The notes under the pieces are model-generated. The model was not told the DNA's origin, ran no database searches, and saw only the letters and a program-made list of their open reading frames with translations. Below, piece after piece: positions 36,223 through 46,792 of a stretch of DNA of 64,000 nt. The stretch is from NCBI GenBank assembly GCA_035550055.1, contig DASZRO010000092.1, forward strand, positions 2,637-66,636, in the 5' to 3' direction. Each line of letters opens with the position of its first letter. Positions within the stretch are counted from its first letter, which is position 1. The DNA comes from Mycobacteriales bacterium. GTDB taxonomy: Bacteria; Actinomycetota; Actinomycetes; JAFAQI01. The translations under genes were made by a program, and so were the position numbers.

Positions 36223-38910
36223 GTGGCGCCCGCCGTACCGTTTGCGCTGCTCGGCGTCGTCCAGCTGGCAGCTGTGGCGGTGTGGCTGGGCTTCGCGGCT
36301 GCGTGCTGCTTCCCCGGCCTGGTGCGCCGCACCACGCCCGTGGTGGTGATGGCCTCCCTCGCGATGGCGGCCGCGGACGCCCTGACCGCGCTCCACCTCG
36401 ATGTCGCGTCATCCGACGGCATCGGGCTGTTGCGGGTGATCGCGTTGGCGCTTCTCGTGCTCGGCCTCGCCGACGGCGCCCCTCAGCGCCCGAGCACCGC
36501 GCTCCCCGCGATCACCGCTCCGCTCGGGGCGCGGACGTCCGTCGCGATGGCAGGGGGGATCGTCGGGATCGTCGCCGCGGCGACGGCGGTGTTCCGCGGC
36601 TTCCGGCCAGGTGGCGACCGGCGGATCGGCGCATGGCTCGGCGCCGGACTCGCCCTCACCGCCACGGCGGCAGCGCTCGCCGGGCCGAGCGCGACGAACA
36701 AGAATGCGGCACTCGCGCAGCTGGCCGCGCGCGGCGCAGCCTGCATCGCGCTGGCCGTCGTCATCGGCCTGATCGCCCGCGCCAGCCTGCTGGGCAAGAT
36801 CGTCACCGCCATCGTTGCCGGCGTCGTCGCGATGGCGGTGGGCGGGGTCGCGGTCGTCGGCATCGGCGTCGCGGCCGAGGTGCAGCACGACCAGTCGAAC
36901 CGGCTGCTGCGCGTCGCCGACACCCAGCAGCAGAACTTCCAGTCCCTCGAGACCCGTGCCGGCCTGCTGGCGCAGCTGCTCGTCGAGTGCGTCCAGCAGA
37001 GGAAGCAGAACTGCCCGGCCACCCTCCAGTTCTTCGCCGAGGACCCGAGCTACTTCGCCGCGGTCTACCAGCCCGGCAAGGGCGTCAAGCTCATCGCGCC
37101 GAACAAGACCGCGCTGGAGAACACCGCGCTGCTGCAGCTGGCAGGAAGCAACGTCGTACGCGGCGCGCTTCGTCTCGGCTCGACGTTCCAGACCGTCGCT
37201 TCCGGCGCCATCCTGCTGTCGGGCGCGCCCGTCCAGCTCGCGCTGATCTCAGCAGTGCCCAACAGCGTGAGCGCGCAGGTGAAGCCGTCGTTCGTCGCGA
37301 TCTACGGCATCGGGCTCGTCGACCGCTACCTCGCGACGCTGCAGAACGAGATCGGCTACGACGTCTCGATCATCGCCGACGGCTACGTCATCGCCAGCAG
37401 CCTCAACACCCCGGACCGGGCGCAGGTGCTCAGCGAGGACAAGTCCAACGGCATCGAGTCCCAGGACCCGACGCTGTCGACAGTGGTTCCCGCGCAGGGC
37501 ACGGCACCCACCGTCGCGTTCGTGCCGATCACCGCCGCCGGCAACGACAACGTACGGATCGCCACACTTGCGGTGAGCCAACCGGCCAGTGCCGCGCTCG
37601 CGGCTCAGCGCAGCGTGTTGCGACGGCTCGTGCTCACCGCGCTCGCAGTTCTCGTGACGATCGCGATGGTCGCCTTCCTGATGGCGCAGCGCATCTCGGA
37701 GCCGGTGCGCCGCCTCACGCTGGCGGCGGGGCGGGTGCGCGCCGGAGACCTCGACAGCACGGTCGCGGTCGAAAGCATGGACGAGGTCGGCGAGCTGGCG
37801 CGCGCGTTCGACGCCATGACCAGCTCGTTGCGCGGCCTGACCGGCGACCTGCGCGACGCCGCGGAGCTCGAAGCGCGATTGCGCGCCCGGCTCGAGACCG
37901 TGGTCAGCTCGATGACCGACGGCCTGGTCACGACCGACGGCACCGGTGTCGTCGTCGCGGCGAACCCGATGGCGCTGGAGCTGCTCGGCTGCACCGAGTC
38001 CGACATCATCGGCCGCGAGCTCGCCGACGCCGTCGACGTACGTGGCCCGGACGGCGCGCCGCTGCTCGGTCCCGGCCGCGGGCTCGCGATCGCCGACGGG
38101 CTGCTCAGCCGCGGGGACGGCGAAGAGCCCATTGCGGTCCGGGTCTCGCGGGCCCCGCTGTCGGGTCAACCGGGCGAAGTGGTCGTCATCTCCGACCGCA
38201 CCCGCGAGCGCGAGATCGAACGGCTGAAGACGGAGTTCCTGTCGAACGTCAGCCACGAGCTGCGCACGCCACTGACCCCGATCCGGGGCTATGCGGAGAT
38301 GCTGGCGCGCCGTCCTGACCTGCCGCCGGAGCGGGTGAAGACGTTCGTCTCGGAGATCCTCGCGGGCACGGTACGCATGAGCCGCGCGGTCGAGCTGCTG
38401 GTCGACGTCGCCGCGCTCGACGCTGGACGGGTGTCCCCGACCCGCGACAAGGTCGTCGTCGCGAACCTCGTCGACGACCGGCTCGCCGCGTGGCGGGAGC
38501 GGTACCCCGAGCGTGCCAAGGACCTGCATCGGCGGGTCGCCGGCAAGCTCCCGCCCGTCGAGGTGGACTCGCGTTGGCTGGCAAAAGCTCTCGACGAGCT
38601 CGCCGACAACGCCGTGAAGTACACCGCCCCGGGCACGTCGATCACGCTGGGCGCGGCCCGCGCGGAGGGCGGCGCGGTGAGCATCTCGGTGCGCGACGCC
38701 GGGGAGGGCATCGACACCGACCGGCTGGGCGAGCTGCTCGGGGACTTCTCCCAGGCCGACGCCTCCGACACCCGCAAGGTCGGCGGGATGGGGCTCGGGC
38801 TCGGGTTCGTGACCCGGGTCGCCGATGCCCTCGGCCTCACGCTGGAAGTCAGCTCGGAACCGGCCAAGGGTGCGGAGTTCTCGATCGAGGTTCCGGCCGC
38901 CGCCGAGTGA
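36223..38910 (+). CDS. multi-pass membrane sensor histidine kinase (HAMP-PAS-HisKA-HATPase), orphan
   Basis: About 8 to 10 N-terminal TM helices, HAMP, a PAS-like region, H-box SHELRTPLTPIRGYAEML, and N/G boxes (DNAVKYT, DAGEGI, GGMGLGLGF). No response regulator is adjacent. Confidence 0.75.
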   Translation: MAPAVPFALLGVVQLAAVAVWLGFAAACCFPGLVRRTTPVVVMASLAMAAADALTALHLDVASSDGIGLLRVIALALLVLGLADGAPQRPSTALPAITAPLGARTSVAMAGGIVGIVAAATAVFRGFRPGGDRRIGAWLGAGLALTATAAALAGPSATNKNAALAQLAARGAACIALAVVIGLIARASLLGKIVTAIVAGVVAMAVGGVAVVGIGVAAEVQHDQSNRLLRVADTQQQNFQSLETRAGLLAQLLVECVQQRKQNCPATLQFFAEDPSYFAAVYQPGKGVKLIAPNKTALENTALLQLAGSNVVRGALRLGSTFQTVASGAILLSGAPVQLALISAVPNSVSAQVKPSFVAIYGIGLVDRYLATLQNEIGYDVSIIADGYVIASSLNTPDRAQVLSEDKSNGIESQDPTLSTVVPAQGTAPTVAFVPITAAGNDNVRIATLAVSQPASAALAAQRSVLRRLVLTALAVLVTIAMVAFLMAQRISEPVRRLTLAAGRVRAGDLDSTVAVESMDEVGELARAFDAMTSSLRGLTGDLRDAAELEARLRARLETVVSSMTDGLVTTDGTGVVVAANPMALELLGCTESDIIGRELADAVDVRGPDGAPLLGPGRGLAIADGLLSRGDGEEPIAVRVSRAPLSGQPGEVVVISDRTREREIERLKTEFLSNVSHELRTPLTPIRGYAEMLARRPDLPPERVKTFVSEILAGTVRMSRAVELLVDVAALDAGRVSPTRDKVVVANLVDDRLAAWRERYPERAKDLHRRVAGKLPPVEVDSRWLAKALDELADNAVKYTAPGTSITLGAARAEGGAVSISVRDAGEGIDTDRLGELLGDFSQADASDTRKVGGMGLGLGFVTRVADALGLTLEVSSEPAKGAEFSIEVPAAAE

Positions 38911-38950
38911 TGACGGCGCGGTCGTCGACCTCGGCCGATAGGTTGCGGGT

Positions 38951-41905
38951 GTGACGTTCAACCTGCCGCGCCCGCAGCTCCCGCCGCTGAATCGCCGCGT
39001 GCAGATCGCCGCTGTGGCAGTCGCGGTGCTCGTTGTCCTGTTCATCCTCTGGTCGGTCTTCGCCAGCGAGTTCACCGACTTGTTGTGGTTCCGCTCCGTC
39101 GGTTACTCGTCGGTGTTCAGCAGACGGCTGGTCACCGAGATCGTGCTGTTCTGCCTGTTCGGCAGCGTGATGGCCATCGTCGTCGCGACGAACATCTTCA
39201 TCGCCTACAAGCTGCGACCCAAGGAGCCCCCGCACTCCCTCGAGCAGCAGCAGCTCGACCGGTACCGGCGGCTGATCCATCCGTGGCGCGGTTGGCTGCT
39301 CGCCGCGGTCGCGCTGCTCATCGGGATCATCACGGGCGCCACGGCGTCGCGCCATTGGGCGACCTGGCTGATGTGGCGCAACGGGACGCGCTTCGGGATG
39401 AAGGACCCGCAGTTCCACAAGGACATCTCGTACTTCGCCTTCACCTATCCAATGCAACGGTTCACGCTCGGCACGTTGTTCGCGGTGGTTGCGGTCTCCC
39501 TCGTGGCCGCCCTCGTGACCGCCTATCTCTACGGCTCGTTGCGACTGCAGACCCCCGGACCGAAGTGGACGCCGGCCGGACGGGTCCACATCTCGGTGCT
39601 GCTGGGAGTGTTCGTCTTGCTCAAGGCGTTCGCGTACTGGCTGGACCGCTACGGCCTGGCGTTCTCCGGCCGGGGCATCGTGACCGGACCGTCGTACACC
39701 GACGTCCACGCCGTGCTGCCCGCAAAGACGATCCTCGTCTTCGTCGCGATCATCTGCTCGTTGCTGTTCTTCGCCAACATCTACACGCGCAACTGGATGC
39801 TGCCGGCCGTCGCGTTCGGGCTGATGGTCATCTCGGCACTCGTGATCGGCGGCGCCTACCCGGCGCTGGTCCAGCAGTTCAAGGTGAAGCCGAGCGCGCA
39901 GGACCTCGAAGCGCCTTACATCCATCGCAACATCGACGAGACGACGCTCGCCTACGGCATCGGCACGAACAACGTGACGACCGAACAGTACGCCGGGGTG
40001 TCCACCGAGACCCCCGCCCAGCAGCGGCAGCAGGTCAGCCAGGACGCCCAGCTCCGGGTGCTCGACCCGAACGTCGTGTCGCAGACCTTCGAGCAGCTGC
40101 AACAGCAGCGGTCGTTCTACTCCTTCGAGGACTCCCTCGACGTCGACCGCTACCCGCTGAGCAGGAACGGCGGGCTGACCGACGTGGTGATCGGGACCCG
40201 CAACATCAATCTCAGCGGCCTGCAGCCCAGCCAGCGGAACTGGATCAACGACCACCTCGTCTACACCCACGGCTACGGCGTCGTCGCGGCACAGGCGGAC
40301 ACCGCGCAATCCGACGGCTCCCCCGACTTCGTCGAGTCCGACCTGCCACCGACCGGGTCGATCAGCAACCTGCAGACGACGACGGACGACAAGTTCCAGC
40401 CGCGGATCTACTTCGGCGACGGTTCCCCGAACTACTCGATCGTTGGCGCGCCGCCCGGCGCCCGACCCCGTGAGCTCGACCTGCCGACCGATAGCGGCTC
40501 CGGTCAGACCAACTTCACCTATGCCGGCGGTGGCGGCGTACCGATCGGTTCGTTCTTCAAGCAGCTGCTGTACGCGTGGAAGTTCAAGGACAAGAACATC
40601 CTGCTGTCCAGCGGGGTCAACCAGGACTCCCGCATCCTCTACATCCGCGACCCCCGCTCGCGGGTCGCAAAGGTCGCTCCCTGGCTCACCCTCGACGGCG
40701 ACCCGTACCCGGTCGTCGTCAACGGGCAGATCCTGTGGGTCGTCGACGGCTACACGACCAGCGACGGCTTCCCGTACTCGGAGCAGGAGTCGCTGAGCTC
40801 GTCGACCAAGACGTCGCTGAACACGACCACCAACGCGGTCGCGTCGCAGCGCAATGCGCAGATCAACTACATCCGCAACTCGGTCAAGGCGACCGTCAAC
40901 GCCTACACCGGCCAGGTCACGCTCTACGAGTGGAACCAGGTGAAGACCGCGTGGACGCCTGACCCGCAGCCCGACCCGGTCCTCCAGACCTGGGAGAAGG
41001 CCTTCCCCGGTGTCGTCAAGCCGCAGTCGGACATGCCGACCGACCTGATCGCGCACCTTCGATACCCGGAGGACCTGTTCAACATCCAGCGGACTCTGAT
41101 CGCGCACTACCACGTGACCGATCCGCGCTCGTTCTACAACGGCACCGAGTTCTGGAACGTCCCCTACGACCCGACGCTCAACAACGGCGAGTCGACGGTG
41201 CCGCAGCCGTCCTACTACCTGACGATGTCGCCGGACGGCGGCACGACGACACCGGTCTTCTCGTTGACCTCGCCGCTGGTCTCGCTCACCCGGCGAAATC
41301 TCACCGCGTACCTGTCGGTCGACTCCCAACCCGGTCCGGACTACGGCAAGTTCACCCTGCTCACGTTGCCGGCCAACGCCGGGCTGGCCGGTCCGGGTCA
41401 GGTGCAGAACGAGCTCGACTCCAACACGACCATCTCCCCTCAGCTGACGCTGCTGAGCTCCGGTGGCTCGGTGATCATCAAGGGCAACCTGCTCACCATC
41501 CCGGTCGCCGGCTCGATGCTGTACGTCGAGCCGCTGTACGTGCAGGCCTCCGGCGGGCAGTCCTTCCCGGTGCTGCGCGAGTTCCTCGTCTACTCCGACG
41601 GCAACGCGGCGTACCAGCCGACGCTCGACGCCGCCCTCAACCAGGTGTTCGGCGTGAAGGGAGCGGCGCCACCCGCGTCCGGCAGCTCCGGGACGTCGAC
41701 CGGCTCCACCACGACCTCACCCCCGACGACCGGCGCGCCGGCGTCCGCGGCGTTGCGGCAGGCGATCGCCGATGCGCAGCAGGACGAGCGAAACGCGGAG
41801 GCGGACCTGCGACGCGGTGACTTCGCGGCGTACGGGCGGGACGAGACTGCCCTGAAGTCCGACCTGGCCCGGGTCGCGGCCGCTGCCGGCGGCACGTCGC
41901 CGTAA
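38951..41905 (+). CDS. UPF0182 family large transmembrane protein
   Basis: 984 aa with ~7 N-terminal TM helices and a large extracytoplasmic domain. By eye it resembles mycobacterial Rv3193c-type proteins. Confidence 0.8.
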   Translation: MTFNLPRPQLPPLNRRVQIAAVAVAVLVVLFILWSVFASEFTDLLWFRSVGYSSVFSRRLVTEIVLFCLFGSVMAIVVATNIFIAYKLRPKEPPHSLEQQQLDRYRRLIHPWRGWLLAAVALLIGIITGATASRHWATWLMWRNGTRFGMKDPQFHKDISYFAFTYPMQRFTLGTLFAVVAVSLVAALVTAYLYGSLRLQTPGPKWTPAGRVHISVLLGVFVLLKAFAYWLDRYGLAFSGRGIVTGPSYTDVHAVLPAKTILVFVAIICSLLFFANIYTRNWMLPAVAFGLMVISALVIGGAYPALVQQFKVKPSAQDLEAPYIHRNIDETTLAYGIGTNNVTTEQYAGVSTETPAQQRQQVSQDAQLRVLDPNVVSQTFEQLQQQRSFYSFEDSLDVDRYPLSRNGGLTDVVIGTRNINLSGLQPSQRNWINDHLVYTHGYGVVAAQADTAQSDGSPDFVESDLPPTGSISNLQTTTDDKFQPRIYFGDGSPNYSIVGAPPGARPRELDLPTDSGSGQTNFTYAGGGGVPIGSFFKQLLYAWKFKDKNILLSSGVNQDSRILYIRDPRSRVAKVAPWLTLDGDPYPVVVNGQILWVVDGYTTSDGFPYSEQESLSSSTKTSLNTTTNAVASQRNAQINYIRNSVKATVNAYTGQVTLYEWNQVKTAWTPDPQPDPVLQTWEKAFPGVVKPQSDMPTDLIAHLRYPEDLFNIQRTLIAHYHVTDPRSFYNGTEFWNVPYDPTLNNGESTVPQPSYYLTMSPDGGTTTPVFSLTSPLVSLTRRNLTAYLSVDSQPGPDYGKFTLLTLPANAGLAGPGQVQNELDSNTTISPQLTLLSSGGSVIIKGNLLTIPVAGSMLYVEPLYVQASGGQSFPVLREFLVYSDGNAAYQPTLDAALNQVFGVKGAAPPASGSSGTSTGSTTTSPPTTGAPASAALRQAIADAQQDERNAEADLRRGDFAAYGRDETALKSDLARVAAAAGGTSP

Positions 41906-42062
41906 CGCGTCGCGGGGTGACTAGCCCGGCCATGACTAATCCGGGCCATGCCAGGAACGGCTAAATGACAACGATCCGCTATTCAGATGGATACGGGTCC
42001 CGGCAATGCTCACCAAAGGCTCATCGCGCACCCATGCCGCGCGAAGCCGGAGGAGGCAGACG

Positions 42063-43667
42063 ATGCGCGGTCGACCGGCGCCCTCGAAGGTACGGCGGCT
42101 CGCCGCCGCGATCCTGTCGGGCGGGCTGCTCGCCGGCGGGCTGAGCGCAGCTGCGCCGGCCGCCGCCTCGACGCCGGTCACGGTGATCGTCCAGGGGCCG
42201 GCCGTGTCGGTCGTCGAGACGCTGGTGTCGACGGTCGGCGGTCACACCACGACGCCGCTTCCTCTGATTGACGGCGTCGTCGCCCAGGTCCCGTCGAACG
42301 CTGCGCTCAACCTGCTCGACGCGCTGGGGCTGGTCACCAGTCCGGACGCTCCGGTCGCCGTCGACGGGCTCGTCGGCGCACTGCCCGCGACGGCGCCCGC
42401 GGCCGCCAGCTCGTTTCCGGCCTCGACCGGCGCGACGAAGCTCGCGGCGAACGGCGTCGACGGCTCGGGGGTCGGCGTCGCGGTCCTCGACACCGGCATC
42501 GACCCAATCCCGGACTTCGGCAGCCGACTGATCGGCGGCGTCGACTTCTCCGGCGCCGGCAACCCACTCCAGGACAGCTACGGTCACGGCACGTTCGTCG
42601 CGGGCCTGATCGCCGGCAGCGGCGCCTCGTCGGCTGGCGCGTACCCGGGTGAGGCGCCCGGCGCGAACCTGGTGTCGATCAAGGTGGCGGGCGCCACCGG
42701 CGTCACCGACGTCGCGAAGGTCATCGAGGGCATCGCCTGGGCGATCAACAACCGGGCGGCGTACGGCATCAAGGTGCTCAACATGTCCCTCGGCGAGGTG
42801 CCGACCGGACCGACGCAGCTGAACCCGCTCGACCAGGCGGTCGAGAGCGCGTGGCAAGCCGGGATCACCGTGGTCACCTCGGCCGGGAACTCGGGTCCGG
42901 GCCAGGGCACCATCACCTCGCCCGGCGACGACCCCGACGTCGTCACCGTCGGTGCACTCGACGACACCGCAACCGCCGGCGGCGGCAACGCGTCGGTCCC
43001 CGCGTTCAGCAGCGAGGGACCGACCTCCGCCAACGGCTGGCTCAAGCCCGACCTCGTCGCCTCCGGTCGCTCGGTGGTCAGCCTCCGCGCACCCGGCTCG
43101 ACCATCGACCAGACCTACCCCAGCGCAGAGGTCGGCGCCGCGAACTTCGTCGGGTCCGGCACGTCGTTCTCCGCGGCGATCACCAGCGGCGCGGCCGCCC
43201 TGGTCGCCGAGCAGAACCCCTCGGCGACACCGGACGAGATCAAGGCGCGACTGCTCGCCACCGCCACCCCCGGCCCTACCGGCAACGCGTCGCTCGAGGG
43301 TCATGGTGTGCTCGACGCGTACGACGCGGCGACCGCCCCCGCCGTATCGCTGAACCAGCAGCGCTTCCTCGGGCTGGCGATCCCGGCGGTCCCCGGAGTC
43401 TCGATCCCGCTGCTGTCGACGTGGTCGGTCTCGTCGTGGAACCCGGCGAACTACAGCACGAACGTCACGGCGTCGGCGTGGAACGCGTCCGCGTGGAACG
43501 CCTCAGCCTGGAACGCCAGCGCTTGGAACGCCTCGGCCTGGAACGCGTCCGCGTGGAACGCCTCGGCCTGGAACGCCTCGGCCTGGAACGCGTCGTCTTG
43601 GAACGCGTCCGCGTGGAACGCCAGCGCCTGGAACGCCTCTGCGTGGAACTCCTCGTCATGGTCGTGA
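42063..43667 (+). CDS. secreted S8 (subtilisin-like) serine peptidase with C-terminal (A/S)WNAS x13 repeat
   Basis: Signal peptide. Catalytic triad motifs ([36 protein letters not shown]). GGAGGAGG RBS before the ATG at 42063. C-terminal pentapeptide repeat array. Confidence 0.8.
   Translation: MRGRPAPSKVRRLAAAILSGGLLAGGLSAAAPAAASTPVTVIVQGPAVSVVETLVSTVGGHTTTPLPLIDGVVAQVPSNAALNLLDALGLVTSPDAPVAVDGLVGALPATAPAAASSFPASTGATKLAANGVDGSGVGVAVLDTGIDPIPDFGSRLIGGVDFSGAGNPLQDSYGHGTFVAGLIAGSGASSAGAYPGEAPGANLVSIKVAGATGVTDVAKVIEGIAWAINNRAAYGIKVLNMSLGEVPTGPTQLNPLDQAVESAWQAGITVVTSAGNSGPGQGTITSPGDDPDVVTVGALDDTATAGGGNASVPAFSSEGPTSANGWLKPDLVASGRSVVSLRAPGSTIDQTYPSAEVGAANFVGSGTSFSAAITSGAAALVAEQNPSATPDEIKARLLATATPGPTGNASLEGHGVLDAYDAATAPAVSLNQQRFLGLAIPAVPGVSIPLLSTWSVSSWNPANYSTNVTASAWNASAWNASAWNASAWNASAWNASAWNASAWNASAWNASSWNASAWNASAWNASAWNSSSWS
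43465..43665 (+). repeat. 15-bp tandem repeat x13 (gcS tgg aac gcS tcN) encoding AWNAS
   Basis: Read directly from the sequence. In frame within the S8 peptidase gene. Confidence 0.9.
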
Positions 43668-43674
43668 CCGCTCG

Positions 43675-46374
43675 ATGACCGGCCTGCCGATGCGGGCTCG
43701 CCTGCTCATCACCGTCGTCACGGTCGCTGCCATCGCGACAGCTGTCGGTGCCGCCGACGCGGCGACGCGCTCCGGCGCAGGCAGCATCGCGGCCCTCGCC
43801 GTGCTCGGGGCGCTGCTGCTGGTGTCGAACCGGTTCCCGCTGCTGATCTACGGCCCCAACTACTCCGAGGCGGTCAGCCTCGACGACGGCCTGCTCGCGG
43901 TGGTCATCGCGCTCGTTCCCTCCGGAGTCACCGTCCTGCTGTTCGCCGTGGCTCAGCTCGCAGCCCAGATCTGGCGACGCCGCCAGCCGGTGAAGACCGC
44001 CTTCAACACCGCGCTGTTCACGCTGTCCGCCGCGGCGGCGGTGACAGTCGCGGATGCGGTCGGCCGCACCCCCGGGCAGGTCACCCCGACGCTCGTGCCG
44101 GCGACCCTCGCCGGCGTCGTGACGTTCATCGCGGTCAACGCCGTGCTGGTCGGGGTGCTGCTCAAGACGGTCGCCAACCAGCCGTTCCGGGAAGCATGGC
44201 GGGAGGCGTGGACGACGCGCCTGCTGCTCGTCGCCGTCGGCACCACCACCGGGCTGCTTGCCGGCCTCGCAGCGGCGAGCACGTCATGGGCGCTGTGCGC
44301 GGTGCCCGTGGTCTTCGTCTTGTTGCGGCAGGTGCTGGCCGGCCACTTCGATGCCCGCCGGGACCGCGATCGCGTCCTGGGCCTGCTCGACGCGGCACAC
44401 GACATCCACGCCGCGATGGCGGAAGGACAGGTCTCGAACACGCTCGAGGCGATCGCGTCACGGGTGCTTCGCGGGACGGCGAAGGTCCAGCCGCGTCGGC
44501 CCGGCGACGGCGTACCGACCGCCCCGCTCGGCGGATCCGGCAGCTGGCTGGTCGTGACCGGACGCAACCCCGGCGAGCCGTTCGACGCCGAGGACCAGCG
44601 ACTCCTGAAGGCGCTCGCGACCATCGCCGAGGGCGCGTTCGCCAACGCGGCGCTGTACTCGGAGGTGCAGCAGCAGCGCCGCGAGATCGCGGCGGTGCTC
44701 GGCAACATCGCCGAGGGCGTGTGCGCGTTCGACGCAGCCGAGCGGCCGACGTTCTGGAACGCCGCTGCGGAATCCCTGCTCGCGATGACGTTGGAGGACT
44801 TCGATCGAAGCCATCCGGTCGCCGAACAGCTGCTTGCGCCGGTACGCCGCTGCATGCAGTCGCAGACGACGTTGACCGCCTCGATGACGCTCCTGCTCGG
44901 CGACGGCCGGTTGCTCCCGATCAGCTACACCTGCGCTCCCACCCACGGCAGCGACGGCGTTGCCGGCGTCGTACTCGCCTTCCGGGACGACACCGAACGC
45001 ACCAACTATGAAGCGCAGCTCACCCATCACGCGTTCCACGACCAGCTGACCGGCCTGGCCAATCGGCGGCTGTTCATCGACCGGCTCGACCAGGCACTGA
45101 TGCGGACGTCGCGGGGCGCGTCTACCAGCGCCGTCGTCTTCATCGACGTCGACCGCTTCAAGCTGATCAACGACAGCCTCGGCCATCAGGCCGGTGACCG
45201 GCTGCTGCAGGAGATCGCGCTGCGACTCAGCTCGCTGGTGCGAGAAGGAGACACCGTCGCGCGCTTCGGTGGCGACGAGTTCACGTTGCTGCTCGAGGAC
45301 ATCGACGGAGTGGTCGCCGTCCACGAGCTGGCCGACCGGATCGTGCGCGCGATGCAGGAGCCGATCGAGGTCGCCGCGCAGCGCACGGTGGTGGCGAGCC
45401 TGTCCGTGGGCGTCGCGATCTCACGACCCGACGCGACAGGCGACGACCTGCTGCACGACGCCGACCTGGCGATGTACGACGCGAAGGCCGAAGGGCTCGG
45501 CCGCTGGCGGCAGTTTGCCGGAGGCACCAGCCGGTCGGCGGAGCAGCTCGACCTGGAGACCGACCTGCGGGCGGCGATCATCGAGGGCGCTATCGAGGTC
45601 TTCTTCCAGCCGCTCGTCGACGCGGTGAGCGGTCGCCCCGAGGACGCCGAGGCACTCGTGCGGTGGCCGCACCCGACCCGCGGGCTGGTCTCACCCGCCG
45701 ACTTCATCCCGATCGCCGAGGAGACCGGGCTGATCCTGCCGCTCGGCGCGCTCGTGCTGGGCGAAGCGTGCCGGCAGTGCAAGTCGTGGGAGACCACCCA
45801 AGGCGTCGCGCTCGGCATCAGCGTGAACCTGTCGGCGCGCCAGTTCCAGGACAGCGAGCTCGTCGACGTCGTACGTGACGCGCTGGTCGCCGCGGACCTG
45901 CCGCCCGAACGGCTGTGCCTCGAGATCACCGAGACCCTCGCCATGCGGGACATCGAGTGGACGATCCAGACGCTGGCGCGCCTCAAGGCGATCGGCGTAC
46001 GAGTCGCGATCGACGACTTCGGCACCGGGCACTCGTCGCTGAACTACCTCAAGCGCTTCCCGATCGACGTCGTGAAGATCGACGGCAGCTTCGTCCACGA
46101 CATCGACACCAGCGTGGTCGACAACGCCATCGTCATGGCGGTGGTGACGCTGGCGCAGACGCTACAGATCACGACGGTCGCCGAATGCGTGGAAAGCGCC
46201 GGGCAGCTCACCAAGCTTCGCCAGCTCGGCTGCACGTTGATCCAGGGGTACCTGTTCGCCAAGCCGATGCCGGCGGCGGACATGGCCGCCTGGCTCGAAG
46301 AGGTCTGCGGCGGCGGCGCCGGCGCCCGGATCCCGGCGCCCAGGCGGATGGCGGGTGCGGCGGCGCGGAGCTGA
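43675..46374 (+). CDS. membrane-anchored GGDEF/EAL (diguanylate cyclase/phosphodiesterase) signalling protein with GAF/PAS-like sensor region
   Basis: About 7 N-terminal TM helices. GGDEF motif RFGGDEF. EAL domain ([29 protein letters not shown]). Confidence 0.85.
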   Translation: MTGLPMRARLLITVVTVAAIATAVGAADAATRSGAGSIAALAVLGALLLVSNRFPLLIYGPNYSEAVSLDDGLLAVVIALVPSGVTVLLFAVAQLAAQIWRRRQPVKTAFNTALFTLSAAAAVTVADAVGRTPGQVTPTLVPATLAGVVTFIAVNAVLVGVLLKTVANQPFREAWREAWTTRLLLVAVGTTTGLLAGLAAASTSWALCAVPVVFVLLRQVLAGHFDARRDRDRVLGLLDAAHDIHAAMAEGQVSNTLEAIASRVLRGTAKVQPRRPGDGVPTAPLGGSGSWLVVTGRNPGEPFDAEDQRLLKALATIAEGAFANAALYSEVQQQRREIAAVLGNIAEGVCAFDAAERPTFWNAAAESLLAMTLEDFDRSHPVAEQLLAPVRRCMQSQTTLTASMTLLLGDGRLLPISYTCAPTHGSDGVAGVVLAFRDDTERTNYEAQLTHHAFHDQLTGLANRRLFIDRLDQALMRTSRGASTSAVVFIDVDRFKLINDSLGHQAGDRLLQEIALRLSSLVREGDTVARFGGDEFTLLLEDIDGVVAVHELADRIVRAMQEPIEVAAQRTVVASLSVGVAISRPDATGDDLLHDADLAMYDAKAEGLGRWRQFAGGTSRSAEQLDLETDLRAAIIEGAIEVFFQPLVDAVSGRPEDAEALVRWPHPTRGLVSPADFIPIAEETGLILPLGALVLGEACRQCKSWETTQGVALGISVNLSARQFQDSELVDVVRDALVAADLPPERLCLEITETLAMRDIEWTIQTLARLKAIGVRVAIDDFGTGHSSLNYLKRFPIDVVKIDGSFVHDIDTSVVDNAIVMAVVTLAQTLQITTVAECVESAGQLTKLRQLGCTLIQGYLFAKPMPAADMAAWLEEVCGGGAGARIPAPRRMAGAAARS

Positions 46375-46386
46375 CAACCGCTGGGT

Positions 46387-46416
46387 TTGCTGCCCGTCGC
46401 GGGCCCGGGCTATCGT
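46387..46416 (+). promoter_or_regulatory. putative sigma-A-type promoter for tRNA-Met (ttgctg -35, 18-nt spacer, tatcgt -10)
   Basis: Hexamers with correct spacing ~11 nt upstream of the tRNA 5' end. Prediction only. Confidence 0.3.
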
Positions 46417-46427
46417 GATGAGACCGA

Positions 46428-46501
46428 CGCGGGGTGGAGCAGCTCGGTAGCTCGCTGGGCTCATAACCCAGAGGTCACAGGTTCAAATCCTGTCCCCGCT
46501 A
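46428..46501 (+). tRNA. tRNA-Met (CAT), initiator-like (three G:C pairs in anticodon stem, C1xU72 unpaired); no encoded CCA
   Basis: The cloverleaf folds by hand: acceptor cgcgggg/ccccgct, D-arm gagc..gctc, anticodon stem ctggg/cccag with loop ctCATaa, T-arm acagg ttcaaat cctgt. Confidence 0.85.
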
Positions 46502-46519
46502 CTAGTAAAACCCCAGGTC

Positions 46520-46555
46520 AGGGGCCTGATCACCCATTCGGGTGATCAGGCCCCT
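46520..46555 (+). terminator. perfect 16-bp hairpin (aggggcctgatcaccc attcg ggtgatcaggcccct) 19 nt after tRNA-Met
   Basis: Read from the sequence. tRNA terminator and/or part of an attachment site. Confidence 0.5.
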
Positions 46556-46792
46556 TGATCATTCGTCCGTGGCTCGTCCGTGAACCTGGGGGGACGCAGG
46601 GACACGTCCGGTGACTCGTGCGGCACCGTGAAGGCGCCACAAACGCCTGAGCCGATCGACGATCATCGCCTTGATGCACTTCAAGATCGATCCGGGCCGA
46701 CCCCGCAAAGCTCCCGCTGCGCGTGCCCATTTAGGCCCGAGGATGCCTCTGCTAACCGGGAATGTGTCGGGGGCTCGCAGTAAGTTCCGACC

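Noticed and set aside
36282-38318. 678-aa alternative frame within the sensor kinase gene
   Set aside because: Arg-rich low-complexity product. The 36223 frame carries all kinase motifs.
37249-39075. 608-aa minus-strand ORF antisense to the kinase/UPF0182 genes
   Set aside because: Antisense GC-frame artefact with no motifs.
38849-41329. 826-aa minus-strand ORF antisense to UPF0182
   Set aside because: Same as above. The UPF0182 frame has clear TM helices and conserved blocks.
42021-43304. 427-aa minus-strand ORF antisense to the S8 protease
   Set aside because: Arg/Gly-rich product. The protease frame has the catalytic triad motifs.
43465-43665. Regular 15-bp repeat array considered as a CRISPR-like locus
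   Set aside because: The units are contiguous with no spacers, lie in frame within a protease gene, and are far too short for CRISPR repeats.
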